DNA from: Patescibacteria group bacterium | Lineage (GTDB): Bacteria > Patescibacteriota > Gracilibacteria > BD1-5 > UBA2023 | DNA: 64,000 nt | Direction of reading: 5' to 3' | Assembly: GCA_049293675.1 (NCBI GenBank) | Contig: JBAQBR010000002.1 | Span: 214,040-278,039 of the forward strand | Shown here: positions 53,774 to 64,000 of the stretch, in pieces | Layout of the letters: the number at the start of each line of letters is the position of its first letter | How positions within the stretch are numbered: the stretch's first letter is position 1 | Notes under the pieces: model-generated | Seen by the model: the letters and a program-made list of their open reading frames with translations, nothing else | Database searches by the model: none | Told to the model about the DNA's origin: nothing | Made by a program: the position numbers and the translations under genes

Positions 53774-54268
53774 ATGTTCAAAGTCTTCTGAGTCGGAAAC
53801 GACGATAAAAATCCTCATGCAAGTCATGATGCTCATGGGCACAACTCACACCATGCAGATACTCACGGTCACGAAGAGACTCACCATGAGTCTCATGCTA
53901 TCGAGGTAGATATGCGAGATACGCATGATCATGACACGGATATCGGTCAGATTGCTGTAGATATCCTCGATACTCCGAGTGCGATCATCATCGTTGCGCC
54001 TGTTGCAGGTGTCGATCCTACTGAGGTAGATATCTGACTCTCCCGCAATATCCTCACCCTCTCTGGTCACAGACATGAGGCTCCGATATACCTAGAGGCG
54101 AAGCGTCTCCTTGTAGAAGAGTGTTTCTATGGTGCATTTTCTCGCTCTATTATCCTCCCTGAGAATCTCGGATTCGACAAGATACGCGCAACCATCGAAC
54201 ACAATGTTATCATGATTGAGATACCGAAGCTCACCCTCATCTCCAAGTCTATCAAGATATGAGAGTAG
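53774..54268 (+). CDS. Hsp20/alpha-crystallin small heat-shock protein with a His-rich N-terminal extension
   Basis: Alpha-crystallin core (AVDILDTPSAIIIVAPVAGV...FYGAFSRSIILPE...IEIPK). The N-terminus reads HASHDAHGHNSHHADTHGHEETHHESH. Confidence 0.7.
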
Positions 54269-54364
54269 GAGTGTGGTTGAATAGGAGAGTAGGAGGACAA
54301 TAACATTATAGCATCCCATGCGTCCACTACACCACTATTCATCCAATCCACTAATCCACTAATT

Positions 54365-54607
54365 ATGTTTTTCCGTAAAAAGTCCACATCAGAAGAATCT
54401 AACGTTGCAAAAAAAGGAATCAAAAAGATGGATGCTGTTGTTACTGGTGTCATCCTCTCTGGTATAGTCGCCTCTATCTACGGAGTCAAAAAACTCCGTG
54501 AGAGAGAAGAACAGAACCAACATGATGCAACGCATATGGTCTCTCATGAAGAAGAAGTTATACCAGAAAGAAAGAAAACTTTTCTTGAACGGATATTTCG
54601 TAGATAA
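54365..54607 (+). CDS. small membrane protein (80 aa)
   Basis: Uninterrupted ORF with one TM segment, preceded by a 42-nt G-free leader. Confidence 0.5.
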   Translation: MFFRKKSTSEESNVAKKGIKKMDAVVTGVILSGIVASIYGVKKLREREEQNQHDATHMVSHEEEVIPERKKTFLERIFRR

Positions 54608-54612
54608 AAAAC

Positions 54613-55374
54613 ATGAAAAGAACCCTGTTTCTCATTATCTGATTTCTCTGTTTCACACTTTTTTCGGGTGTGACTTTTGGTGCTGCGCCAGTGTGTCTCC
54701 CTCCACCAATCATGATCGATCTTGGTGCCCAACAACAGGCTCTCTCTCAGGTGGCCAAGAGTCGCTATGAACAATGCAAGACTGCACGAATTGCTCAGAA
54801 AGAAGCTTCTATTACGGATTTTGTCTGTCCGAGTGGGAACTTCAGTGAGGCAGATCGTCCGCATGCAGATGAGATTATTGCTTATCAGATAGCTGTTGCA
54901 ACGGTTTTTCAGGCAATCGATACCAACTCTATGCTCTATGCTCAGAGTCTCCATTGCAATCGTGATACGGATCCAATCAAGTGGCAACAGACTATCAAGA
55001 TATTTACTGACTCGAACTCTGGATATGCAGCAAAATATTACTCCGCGTGTAATATATCTTATATTGTGAGTCTCTTGAATACTATCTGACAAGATGGACA
55101 ACTTATCTTTGATACTATTCAGACTTCCGATACTTTTCCTCAGTATTGTGAGTATCTTGCAAGCCGCAAAGTTGATGCACTGCACAATCTCGGGATTCTC
55201 CTGGCAAGCAATGGAGTGGGTAAGTGATTCCAGAATGATAAGGATATATTCATCAACGCAGTTAAGACAAAATACAGTAATCTCCTCGATAAGGTTTCGA
55301 ATTATCTGAGAGTCGTAGGTCGTGCAGTTAAAAAACTTGATAAGTATACTACCAATCCTATTCAAGGATACTAG
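54613..55374 (+). CDS. secreted hypothetical protein (253 aa)
   Basis: Good signal peptide (MKRTLFLIIGFLCFTLFSGVTFG), TGA as sense, and the same strand as both neighbours. The 283-aa antisense track ORF 54544..55395 is rejected. Confidence 0.5.
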
Positions 55375-55377
55375 ATT

Positions 55378-56157
55378 ATGAGTGATATTGTTCACATCCG
55401 TGCCAAGAAGTCACTCGGACAGAACTTCCTTATCGATGAGGAGGCTCTTTCTGATATTGCTCATTCCGTCACAGTTGAAGGGAAGAATATTATCGAAGTA
55501 GGTCCTGGATATGGCGCACTGACAGACTATCTCATAGGACAACACCCAGAGACTCTGACACTCGTGGAACTCGATACTGACATGATACGGATTCTCGAGA
55601 AAAAATATCCTAAAGATATCAATATCCTCCATCAGGATGTACTCCAATTTACTCCTGTATTTAGAGAGTATTCTGTTATTGCGAATATTCCATATTATAT
55701 CACTTCGCCCATTCTCTTCCACTTCCTATATGCTTCTGATTTTACTCCACCTGAGTCTATGGTCATCATGATGCAGGAGGAGGTCTGAGAAAAGATCCTC
55801 GAATGACGTCATCCAAAGAAACCACATCACTCGCTTCTCTCACTCGCTATGGAGGAAGCCTGTGACGATATAGATATTGTTCGTTATGTGCCTCGTACAT
55901 CTTTTGATCCTGCACCCAAGGTAGACTCGATTGTGGTACGCTTCGTTGTGAAGAAAACTCGAGATAGAGAACAGGAGAAAACCCTAATATCTCTCTGGAA
56001 GGTTGCCTTCGCGCATCCACGCAAGACTCTCCTCTCCAACATGAAGGGGAGTACTTATGACTCGGATGCAATCCGAAGTATCATCCTCGAACTCGGATAT
56101 GACGAACGAGTACGTGCTGAGGCTATCAGACGGGAGGACTGGAAGAGATTTTTATAG
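55378..56157 (+). CDS. rsmA: 16S rRNA (adenine1518/1519-N6)-dimethyltransferase
   Basis: Motifs LGQNFL, EVGPGYGALT and NIPYYITSPI. Track ORFs 55378..55788 and 55849..56157 join via TGA. Confidence 0.9.
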
Positions 56158-57165
56158 TCTTCTCATGTATTCCTCACCCTTCATCGTGATCTGACGTCCG
56201 CGAGGTGTACGTTCTATGAAACCTATCTGGAGTAGGTATGGTTCGACGACATCCTCGATTGTTGCAACTTCTTCACCAACGACAGATGCAAGAGTCGAGA
56301 GTCCAACGGGTCGTCCGTGGAATCCCTCCATGAGGTGCATCATGAGCTTGCGGTCGAGGATATCGAGTCCGTATGCGTCAACTCCGAATCCTGTGAATAT
56401 AGCTTCACATTCATCTTTACTCTCGATGGATTTCCCAACTGTTGCATAGTCACGGAGTACTTTCACGTATCTATTGGCAATACGAGGCGTTCCGCGAGAG
56501 CGCTCTGCAACTGAGAATATTGCCTCATCTGAGAGACTCTCGAGTCAGAGAAGTGCAAAAGATCGCTTGATTATCTTCGCGAGGTCAGCTGTCTCATAGA
56601 AGTCGAGCTTCATCACATTGCCGAATCTATCTCTGAGAGGATTCGAGAGGTTGGATAGTCGAGTTGTTGCGCCAATCAGAGTGAACGGTGGTATATCCAT
56701 CTTCACACTTGTCGCACCTGTACCAGAACCAATCATGATGTCTATCTGGAAATCCTCCATCGCAGAGTAGAGTATCTCCTCTATCTGAGGACGGAGACGG
56801 TGTATCTCATCGATAAAAAGTATCTCTCACTCTGTAAGACTTGTGAGGATTGAGATGATATCTGACTGCTTCTCGATGGCAGGTCCACTGGTACTCTTGA
56901 TAGCTGAGCCCATCTCATGCGCGATAATAGTTGAGATAGTGGTCTTTCCGAGACCTGGTGGTCAGTAGAAGAGTATATGCTCAAGTGGTTTGTTGCGTAT
57001 CTTCGCACTCTGTATCGCAACACTGAGATGCTCTTTCATCTGTGCTTGTCCGACGTATTCATCGAGTTTACGTGGTCTCAGTGATATCTCAGAGATGATC
57101 TCGTCTTCTTGTTGGACAGGGGATACGGTTCGCGTGATGTCTGGTTTGGATGATTTGATAGCCAT
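56152..57165 (-). CDS. ruvB: Holliday junction branch-migration helicase RuvB
   Basis: Three track ORFs share one frame. Walker A is (G)PPGLGKTT, with the first G encoded by TGA at 56962..56964. Also FIDEIHRL and a winged-helix C-terminus. Confidence 0.95.
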
Positions 57166-57256
57166 AATATGGATGATTATATCAAAAAAAGAAAAACAGG
57201 CAAAATGAAATAATTTTATTAAAATGAATAAAAATTATAAAAAGTCAAAAATATAT

Positions 57257-57283
57257 TTGATTATTGGAAAAAAGTGGTATAAT
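57257..57283 (+). promoter_or_regulatory. sigma70-like promoter with an extended -10
   Basis: TTGATT-N15-TGgTATAAT. Confidence 0.45.
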
Positions 57284-57402
57284 TAATAAAATATACTGAA
57301 AAATTGAATAAAAGAAATCTACATTTTCATTATGATGGATTAGGCCTGGATAATTCAGGTATTTCAGACTTTCTTTCCTATCTAAAAGGAAAAATTCCAT
57401 GA

Positions 57403-58323
57403 ATGTATTCTCAAAAAACTTGGGAAATTATTTCTGGTACAGTTGAGCTCGCTGAAGATATCCATAAGGATGATTATAGGAAAAATGATTGACGGTCTTA
57501 TTTTAACCACAACATTGAGATTATATTAGATGAGTTGGGAGTATTTTTATCAGGCAACACTTTACTCAAAAATAAATATGATCTATTATGAGATTTTCTT
57601 GTATATGCCTTGCATGACGCTCCTGAGGATCATCCTGAACGTTGGAGGGATATATTGAATAAATTAAATCAGATTCTTGACGATGAGTTTTTGGTTTTGC
57701 AGTTATTTCGAGATATTCTTATTTTGGCGACAGGAGGAATTCCTCTTGCTACGAGAAGCGAGATGGTTAGATTCTTTCTCAAGGAACATGAAGAATTCAT
57801 TAACGCAAACATAGATACCAAAGAACATACTATGAAAAAAGATTTACTTCTCGATATAGTATTGATTCTCAGTCCTGCTAATCCATTATTTAAATTAGAA
57901 TATGATTCTGAGAAGTATGGAAAATCTAAATGAAGTCAGGATTATCAAAGACTCGAGAGGGCTATTCGGCTTTACAAACATCAGATAATCTTAAGAAAAG
58001 GAGAATATACAGAAAAAAATATTGACTATAATGATGAGTATATCTGACTCGGAAATTATATTTTCTTTAATGAGACGGATGCACGGAGAAAGCTAAAAGA
58101 TATGTTCAACAATATGTCAGATATGGTTGAGATGGATAAGAAAAAACCAGGCTATATAGAAACTCGACGCATAAAGGCATATATATTATCAGTAAAGCTA
58201 AAGCATTTTGGAATGCTAGATGAGCTTCATGATCTGGAGTTTGCTTTTCAAAAATATTGATATAGTGCTATGACTGATTCCGAGGTCAACAGGAAGCTAC
58301 GTGATATAAAAAATGGTAAATAG
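57403..58323 (+). CDS. HD-domain (RelA/SpoT-type hydrolase-like) protein with a long C-terminal extension
   Basis: IHKDDYRKNDGRSYFNHNIE...FLVYALHDAPED (H...HD pattern). Track ORF 57610..57933 is extended at both ends through TGA. TTG 57304 is an alternative start. Confidence 0.55.
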
Positions 58324-58632
58324 TTATTTTAGTAATAGTTTTTCTCTATCCATAACCCTGATTCCTCCAAGTCCCTGATTCACATTCTCAAGTAGTTTTT
58401 CTCTATATATCTTGAGCTCAGCATTGGCAACTGGTTTTCCTGTGGTGATGACGACATTCTTTTCTGTGAGTTTTACACTTTTTATATATCCAAAAAGCTC
58501 CTCTCGTCCTACTTCGGTGAGAGTTTTTTTGATAGCATTCCAGGCAATGGCGGTCTCCATATCTCGAGACTTGTCGTAGTAGTCAGGATTGCGTGCACGC
58601 GATGAGAGGTCGAGGAGTTCGAGTTTTGCCAT
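58324..58632 (-). CDS. DUF721/DciA-like protein
   Basis: Uninterrupted 102-aa ORF. AIAWNAIKKTLTEVG...SVKLTEKNVVITTGKPVANAELK fits the DUF721 pattern. Confidence 0.5.
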   Translation of the reverse strand: MAKLELLDLSSRARNPDYYDKSRDMETAIAWNAIKKTLTEVGREELFGYIKSVKLTEKNVVITTGKPVANAELKIYREKLLENVNQGLGGIRVMDREKLLLK

Positions 58633-58633
58633 A

Positions 58634-59893
58634 TTACTTTTGTCTCACTATCTTCACTATCTCGCGGCCAACAGTCTGACTCTCGCGACGATAGAGGAGG
58701 CTTCACTGACGAGTATTGAGCTTCATGTCTCCAGGGAGGAGTGAGTCAGTCTGGAATCAGTTTTTCTCTATGATATCGTATATCTCAGAGAAGTACGAAT
58801 ATGTACCATGGATGTTCCAAAAAGGAAAGCTCATCACGATTGTTCCAGTGTATCTTGCCTTCGCAAGCCCTGCAAAGAATGCATCATACATATTCGCAAG
58901 CTTACGACGTTCTGACTGAACTCGGTCGAGGGTGATATCGCGAGGACTCATCACTTCACCGAGATACCCCTCAGAGACGATTGTGGTATCTTTTTTGACT
59001 CAATACTTGGCGAACGACTCACTCACTTCTCGTGCATCAAGGTGGAATACCTGTGTTGTGAGCCTTGAGAAGTCCTTGGCTGGTGTACCACCAACTGCAC
59101 GGATACGCTCTTGCCAGACGATTTCTGTTTTGATGAATTCTTCGAGTCACTGTTTGCTCGCAGACACCATATCAGTTGAGAGGTCACTCCCAGAGACTTC
59201 GAGGATTCCCATATTGGCAGCCTCGATGAGCGTTGTCCCAAGTCCGCAGAATGGGTCATAGAGACTTGTGTGAGTTGTGCCAGATATATTGATCATCATC
59301 TGTACAAGCTTCGGTGGCATCATCCCAACGACCATATCGCGAGTCTTCGCAGTATCACGATTCGCATAGGCATCGATGTCCTGACAGGCGAGAGTCTTCC
59401 CAAGATAGACCATGGAATCAATAGAGATGATACTATACTCCATCCCTGACTTTCCGAGATGAGCCTTCTTGAAACTCGCTGCATTGATATTCTGATTCTC
59501 GGTATTCGCGAGACGTACTGAGTAATTTCTTTCTTGGAGAGTCTTCTTGATACGCAGGCCGATGTCAGAGAGTCGGAACTCTATACCATATGCACCAAGT
59601 GCGAAGGTAATCTTACCATCGTGTGCAGTACCCAATATATGAGCAATCACATCAGTCGGGAAAGTAGCAGGTGTTGTCTCTGCAAGTATGCGTATGATAC
59701 GAATCTGCCCACCGAGAGTGAGGAACTTCTTGGCGAGTTGTTCGTCAGAGTATCCAACAATCTGAAATATCGCCACTTCTTCTGTGTGTATCTGATATGC
59801 TTCTTCTCACCAGAGTGCAAAAAGTTCTGCAAGAGAGAGCTTCCACTCACGCCCGAGGGTGAATGCATAGAGAGATGTTCATGTATTTTTCAT
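58634..59893 (-). CDS. SAM-dependent methyltransferase (UPF0020/Trm11-like fold)
   Basis: Track ORFs 59147..59776 and 58757..58954 share one frame, extended to ATG 59893 and TAA 58634. Motif I is LYDPFCGLGTTLIEA. Confidence 0.6.
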
Positions 59894-59961
59894 GCTGTGC
59901 AGTATAGAGAAAAGTGCGAGAATGGCAAAAGAAAACCCTCATTCCAGAGGGTTTTCGGAGT

Positions 59962-60858
59962 CTATACTTCTACCCACGGTGATATACTGAATCCACTTTG
60001 AGTTTTTGCATTTTCACAATACGTATCAATTGAATCCATAAAATACGGTGGAAGCACAGTTTGGATTTTACCTATGACGTAATATCCAACCAACATCATA
60101 GCAGCATAACTCGTAGTATCAAAAATTGGTACATCTATCTGGTTTTTTCCATAGCGTATACCCTTCGAGTTTCCGAAGCATATGAAGAGTTCGTGCTCGT
60201 CTTGTACAACGGTTGTTGCATGCTTCATCTGTTCGTACGAGAAGACATCTCGTGCAACTTTTCTCCCGAAGAGTTCTATGAACTTGACCTCCAGCATCTC
60301 ACGGAGGAGGACGAACTCATCAGGAATAACGATAAAAAAATTCTTGTATTTTGAGAAGTCTACCTTCTTGAGTGTTGTCTCGATATCTCAGCGTATGAAT
60401 TCCTCAAGTCTCGATAGATCGAGTGTTGGATCCTCTGCAAGCATATATCCAAAATACGTTGATGTGTTGTAGGTATATGGTTCGCGAATCTTCGGCATGA
60501 TGATACTCTCGTCTGCAATACTTCGTGCTGAACTTTTTTTACTTGATGATATGAGAAAAGTTTTCTTATTGTATTTTTTTGCTGTACTGATGATTATTGG
60601 TGCATGTTTTTCTCATGAAGCAGAGAGGACGACAACATCGGTTATCTGTTGTATGTTTTGGAGTTTTTTCTCTACTTCTGCCTCAGTTCCAAAATACGCT
60701 CAGAGATTGCGAAAGAGAATACGTCCAGTATAAAAAGCATTCCCACTTCAGACAACCAATGGAGTCTGGAAACCTGAGAGATCCATCTGTTGGATAGTCC
60801 CTCTATTTTTGTAGAGAGCGAGCGTCTCGAGCACAATCGTATCAAGAGTTGGATACAT
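59962..60858 (-). CDS. SIS-domain protein (sugar isomerase/binding family)
   Basis: Track ORF 59962..60297 extends upstream to ATG 60858. I checked the frame codon by codon. Motifs VVGSGNAFYTG and VVVLSASGEK. Confidence 0.5.
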
Positions 60859-61040
60859 ATTTTTATAGTGAAAAAATATAAGGAATTATAAGAAATACCG
60901 AGAGAATGGCAAAAGGAAAACAATACAGGAATTTTCAGGATTTATTTTTTGCCTTTTTTGATGTTTTCCCTATAATCTGCCCGTTATTTGGACGGATTTT
61001 TTGTTTCAAATTCATATTCTATTCGTAATTTCAATCTTCT

Positions 61041-62369
61041 ATGCAGTCAACTGTAACACGTAAAAATGCCTATACGCTCACTATCAACCTGAAGGAATCA
61101 GGAGCTGAATTCCAGAAAGCACGCAAACATATTCTCGAAGAGATCCGCCAAAATGGAAAGGTAAAAGGATTCAAGCAGGGTTCAGATATCCCTGAGCATG
61201 TTATCGTTCGCGAGTACGGTGAGGAGGTCATAACTCAGCAATCACTCGATCACGTTGTGAATCACCTCTATCCGAAGGTACTCAAGAAGGAAAATATCAT
61301 CCCAGTTGCTCCAGGCAATATCACTGAGGTAAAAAGTACAGATCCAATCGAACTCACACTCGAAGTAGAGGTATTTCCTGAGATCGAGATCGACGAAAAG
61401 AAACTCGACAAGATCCGTGTAAAACGCACTCCAGTTACAGTAGAGGCATCTGAAGTTGAAGCTGAACTCGAGGCTATCAAGGCGAGATTTACTCACTTCC
61501 ATGAGGCAGGTTCTCACACTGAGGATGGTGCAGATACAAGCCACACAACAGTTGAGAAGGGAGACCGTGTAACTATTACTGCACAAGGTTATGACAAGAA
61601 GGATGGTGAAGCTATCAAGGAGACATATGTTCCAAGTTATCCACTCGTTATCGGTTCAGGAAATTTTATCCCTGGATTCGAGGAAGAGCTCATCGGAGCT
61701 AAGGTAGGTGAAGAGAAGGGATTCAACATCATATTCCCGAAGGACTACCACTCTGAAGAGTTCAAGAGTCGTAAGGTGTATTTTGTTGCGAATATTGAAA
61801 AACTCGAAAAACCACACACTCCAGAGTTCAATGAAGAATTCATCGAGAAACTCCGTGGTGAGAAGACTGATATGGCAGGACTCAAGAAAATACTTGAGAA
61901 GGAAATCACTGACCGTAAGGAGTCAGAGACTCGCAACAAGGATGAAGATACTCTCATGAAGGAGATTCTTGCGGTTTCGACTTTTGAAGTTGGTCCATCA
62001 CTCATCGCGAACGAAGTCGATCAGATATTCCGTGAGCATGCAGCGAATCTCGAACAGCAGGGACTCAATATCAAGATGTATCTCGAACACATCAAGAAGG
62101 ACGAGGCAGCATACAAGGACGAAGTTGTAAAACCAGAAGCAGAACGCCGTCTCAAAGCTGAACTCATTCTCCGAAAAATCAAAGAGATGAAGGGAACTAC
62201 AGCCACTGAAGATGAGGTAAAAGCTGAGGTAGAAAAAGTAATCGCTCAATATGGTTCTCCTGAGGTTGTCGAGCGTCTCCGCGCGAAGCTCGTTCCTGGA
62301 GATACGTATTACGAAGATATAGCGAATCGTGTAACATACCGCAAGGTAGTTGATGGATTCTGGGCATAA
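61041..62369 (+). CDS. tig: trigger factor
   Basis: Uninterrupted 442-aa ORF with an N-terminal ribosome-binding domain (GFKQG in place of GFRxGK), a central FKBP-like domain and a C-terminal arm. No TGA. Confidence 0.9.
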   Translation: MQSTVTRKNAYTLTINLKESGAEFQKARKHILEEIRQNGKVKGFKQGSDIPEHVIVREYGEEVITQQSLDHVVNHLYPKVLKKENIIPVAPGNITEVKSTDPIELTLEVEVFPEIEIDEKKLDKIRVKRTPVTVEASEVEAELEAIKARFTHFHEAGSHTEDGADTSHTTVEKGDRVTITAQGYDKKDGEAIKETYVPSYPLVIGSGNFIPGFEEELIGAKVGEEKGFNIIFPKDYHSEEFKSRKVYFVANIEKLEKPHTPEFNEEFIEKLRGEKTDMAGLKKILEKEITDRKESETRNKDEDTLMKEILAVSTFEVGPSLIANEVDQIFREHAANLEQQGLNIKMYLEHIKKDEAAYKDEVVKPEAERRLKAELILRKIKEMKGTTATEDEVKAEVEKVIAQYGSPEVVERLRAKLVPGDTYYEDIANRVTYRKVVDGFWA

Positions 62370-62381
62370 GTATTAAAAAAT

Positions 62382-62408
62382 AAAATCCCTCCGAAATGGA
62401 GGGATTTT
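62382..62408. terminator. bidirectional rho-independent terminator
   Basis: AAATCCCTCC-GAAAT-GGAGGGATTT hairpin between tig (+) and the HTH gene (-). Confidence 0.8.
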
Positions 62409-62916
62409 AAATTATCTTTTTTCTTGCTCTATCTGTTGGTTCGATAAGCTCTAGGAATTTCTGTAAGTCAGCCCTCTTAATCGCACGAGGACCGTTATTA
62501 CTCTTTCGTATAAAGAGTAAGGGATTATCCTTAATCATCGCTGTCCATATTGGTTGAGAGAGCCTGCCGTTACTTAGTGTCATTAATTCTCTAAAAAACA
62601 AAATATCTCATGAAGTATCTATTACATCAATCGAAGTATCATGTTTATGTTTTTTGGGAATATCTTTAACTCATTCAAGTATACGTATAGCTCAGGTCTG
62701 AGTGATAGTAAAAACTAATCAAACTCAAGTCCTTTCTTTTGTTACTCATTGAATTGGTTTTATCTTTTTGAGTAGTTCAGTTACTTTGCCCTGAGGTATC
62801 GAGAGAAGCTCAGCAATCTCTCTACTTGTGATTTTCGGTTTTTGTAATTTTTGAACTACAGACTCTCAGCTATTTGGAGTTGTGTCTTTACGAAATATTT
62901 CAAATGCGCTAGACAT
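62407..62916 (-). CDS. DNA-binding protein with two HTH-like regions (excisionase/MerR-like C-terminus)
   Basis: Track ORF 62407..62601 extends upstream through 6 TGA codons to ATG 62916. I checked the frame codon by codon. Contains ITSREIAELLSIPQGKVTELL. Confidence 0.45.
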
Positions 62917-62968
62917 AAAAGCATAATGTTAATGAAATACATATAACATTATTAATTATTTTGTCAAA

Positions 62969-64000
62969 TTAATTTTTCTTATACCAATATCGACACTCTT
63001 CGGCTCCATTGAGGACTTTTTTATTTGCGAGTTGATTTTTTCCGATGTCATAACTCGTGATGAATCCACCAGCCCCTCACTCGATTTCTTTTTTGAGCTT
63101 TTCGTATATCTCTCTGAGGTCAGCTCACTGGAGACGATTACCGTATGGAGGATTTGAGACGATAGTAGATTCACTAGTTTGACCATCAAGATAATCACCA
63201 ACTTCGAATCTGATATCATCTTGTACTCCTGCGCGCATGGCGTTACCAAGAGCAATACGTATCATCTCAGGATCTCGGTCACGTCAGATGATAGTGTATT
63301 TACCACTTGGATATGACTTTCACTTTGCTTCAGTTTTTACAGTATCTAGGAGTCCTCTGTCATGTGATACGAGTGACTCGATACGGAAGTGACGCATGAG
63401 TCCTGGTGCGATATTGCGGGCTATCATGGCGGCCTCGATGGGGATTGTACCACTTCAGCAGAACGGATCAAGGAGGGGACTTGCGTATTTCCAGTTCGCC
63501 CATGCCACCATAGCAGCTCAGAGATTTTCCTTGATTGGAGCTTCACCTGCTTCGATACGATATCCTCGCTTGTGGAGTGGGTCACCCGTGACATCGAGGA
63601 GTATATGTGTGATATCGTCGATGATGAGGATGAGTATATGTACTTCAACACCACTCGTGGTATTCGGAGTATTCATCGTCCCATAGATTGCCTTCTGTGC
63701 GATAGACTGTATCGTCGGTATACTCGTGAGGACAGAGCGCGTCGAAGATGCTTCGATGACGATACGTTCACGACCAGTGAGATGTTCGTTCCAGTCTATA
63801 TCACTACAGAGGTCAAAGAGTCTATCGAAGTCAACGACCCTTGCTTCGCCGAGCGAGAGGTATACTCGATTGGCAAATCGACTCCATACGAGGAGTTCGT
63901 AGAGATTCTTGTCACTTCCGCTACACTTCACGAGACGGTCTTGTGCACGGATATCTGAGAGTCTGAGCTTCTCACATTCACGCTTGACGAGGGATTCGAG
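62969..64000 (-). CDS. THUMP-domain RNA methyltransferase (RlmL/YpsC-like, UPF0020), N-terminus outside window
   Basis: Track ORF 63518..63931 continues through TGA to TAA 62969. Motifs LWSRFANRVY, DPFCGSGT (one G encoded by TGA) and NPPYG. I checked the frame codon by codon. Confidence 0.8.

Noticed and set aside
54544-55395. A 283-aa uninterrupted minus-strand ORF.
   Set aside because: It is antisense to a plus-strand gene that has a good signal peptide and co-directional neighbours. Its product is Cys/Ile/Arg/Ser-rich and shows no motif. It is most likely a shadow ORF.
63389-63958. A 189-aa plus-strand ORF, together with ORF 62956..63255 on the minus strand.
   Set aside because: Both overlap the THUMP/UPF0020 methyltransferase frame (DPFCGSGT, NPPYG), which continues unbroken from 64000 to TAA 62969.

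Overview
This is a gene-dense, moderately AT-rich bacterial chromosome segment with about 80 CDS and 4 tRNAs. Its genes only make sense if TGA is read as glycine (translation table 25, the Gracilibacteria/Absconditabacteria-SR1 type within CPR/Patescibacteria). The supplied standard-code ORF track is therefore fragmented. I re-joined the fragments in frame across TGA, and every merged gene then ends in TAA or TAG. Core content: pnp, rplK, lexA-recA, dnaJ, trxA, recG, glyQS behind a glycine T-box leader, tex, rsmA, ruvB, tig, riboflavin kinase and synthase, a zur/COG0523/zupT zinc operon, a CDF transporter, two DedA proteins, a MraY/WecA-type transferase and a GT1 glycosyltransferase. Accessory content: a TraD/VirD4-like ATPase, a two-gene BcgI-like (type IIB) restriction-modification module next to tRNA-Cys, a Zn-ribbon-HEPN gene in an AT-rich islet, an IVS-type four-helix-bundle gene bracketed by inverted repeats, several very large secreted or surface proteins, and a LamG-tailed pilin. 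Non-coding features: uniform AAATCCC...GGGATTT terminators, repeated hairpin elements, two long structured intergenic repeats, and G-free leaders with no Shine-Dalgarno sequence. I saw no rRNA, CRISPR array, transposase or integrase. All coordinates and translations were derived by hand, so ends could be off by a codon. Function calls rest on recognised motifs, not on database searches.
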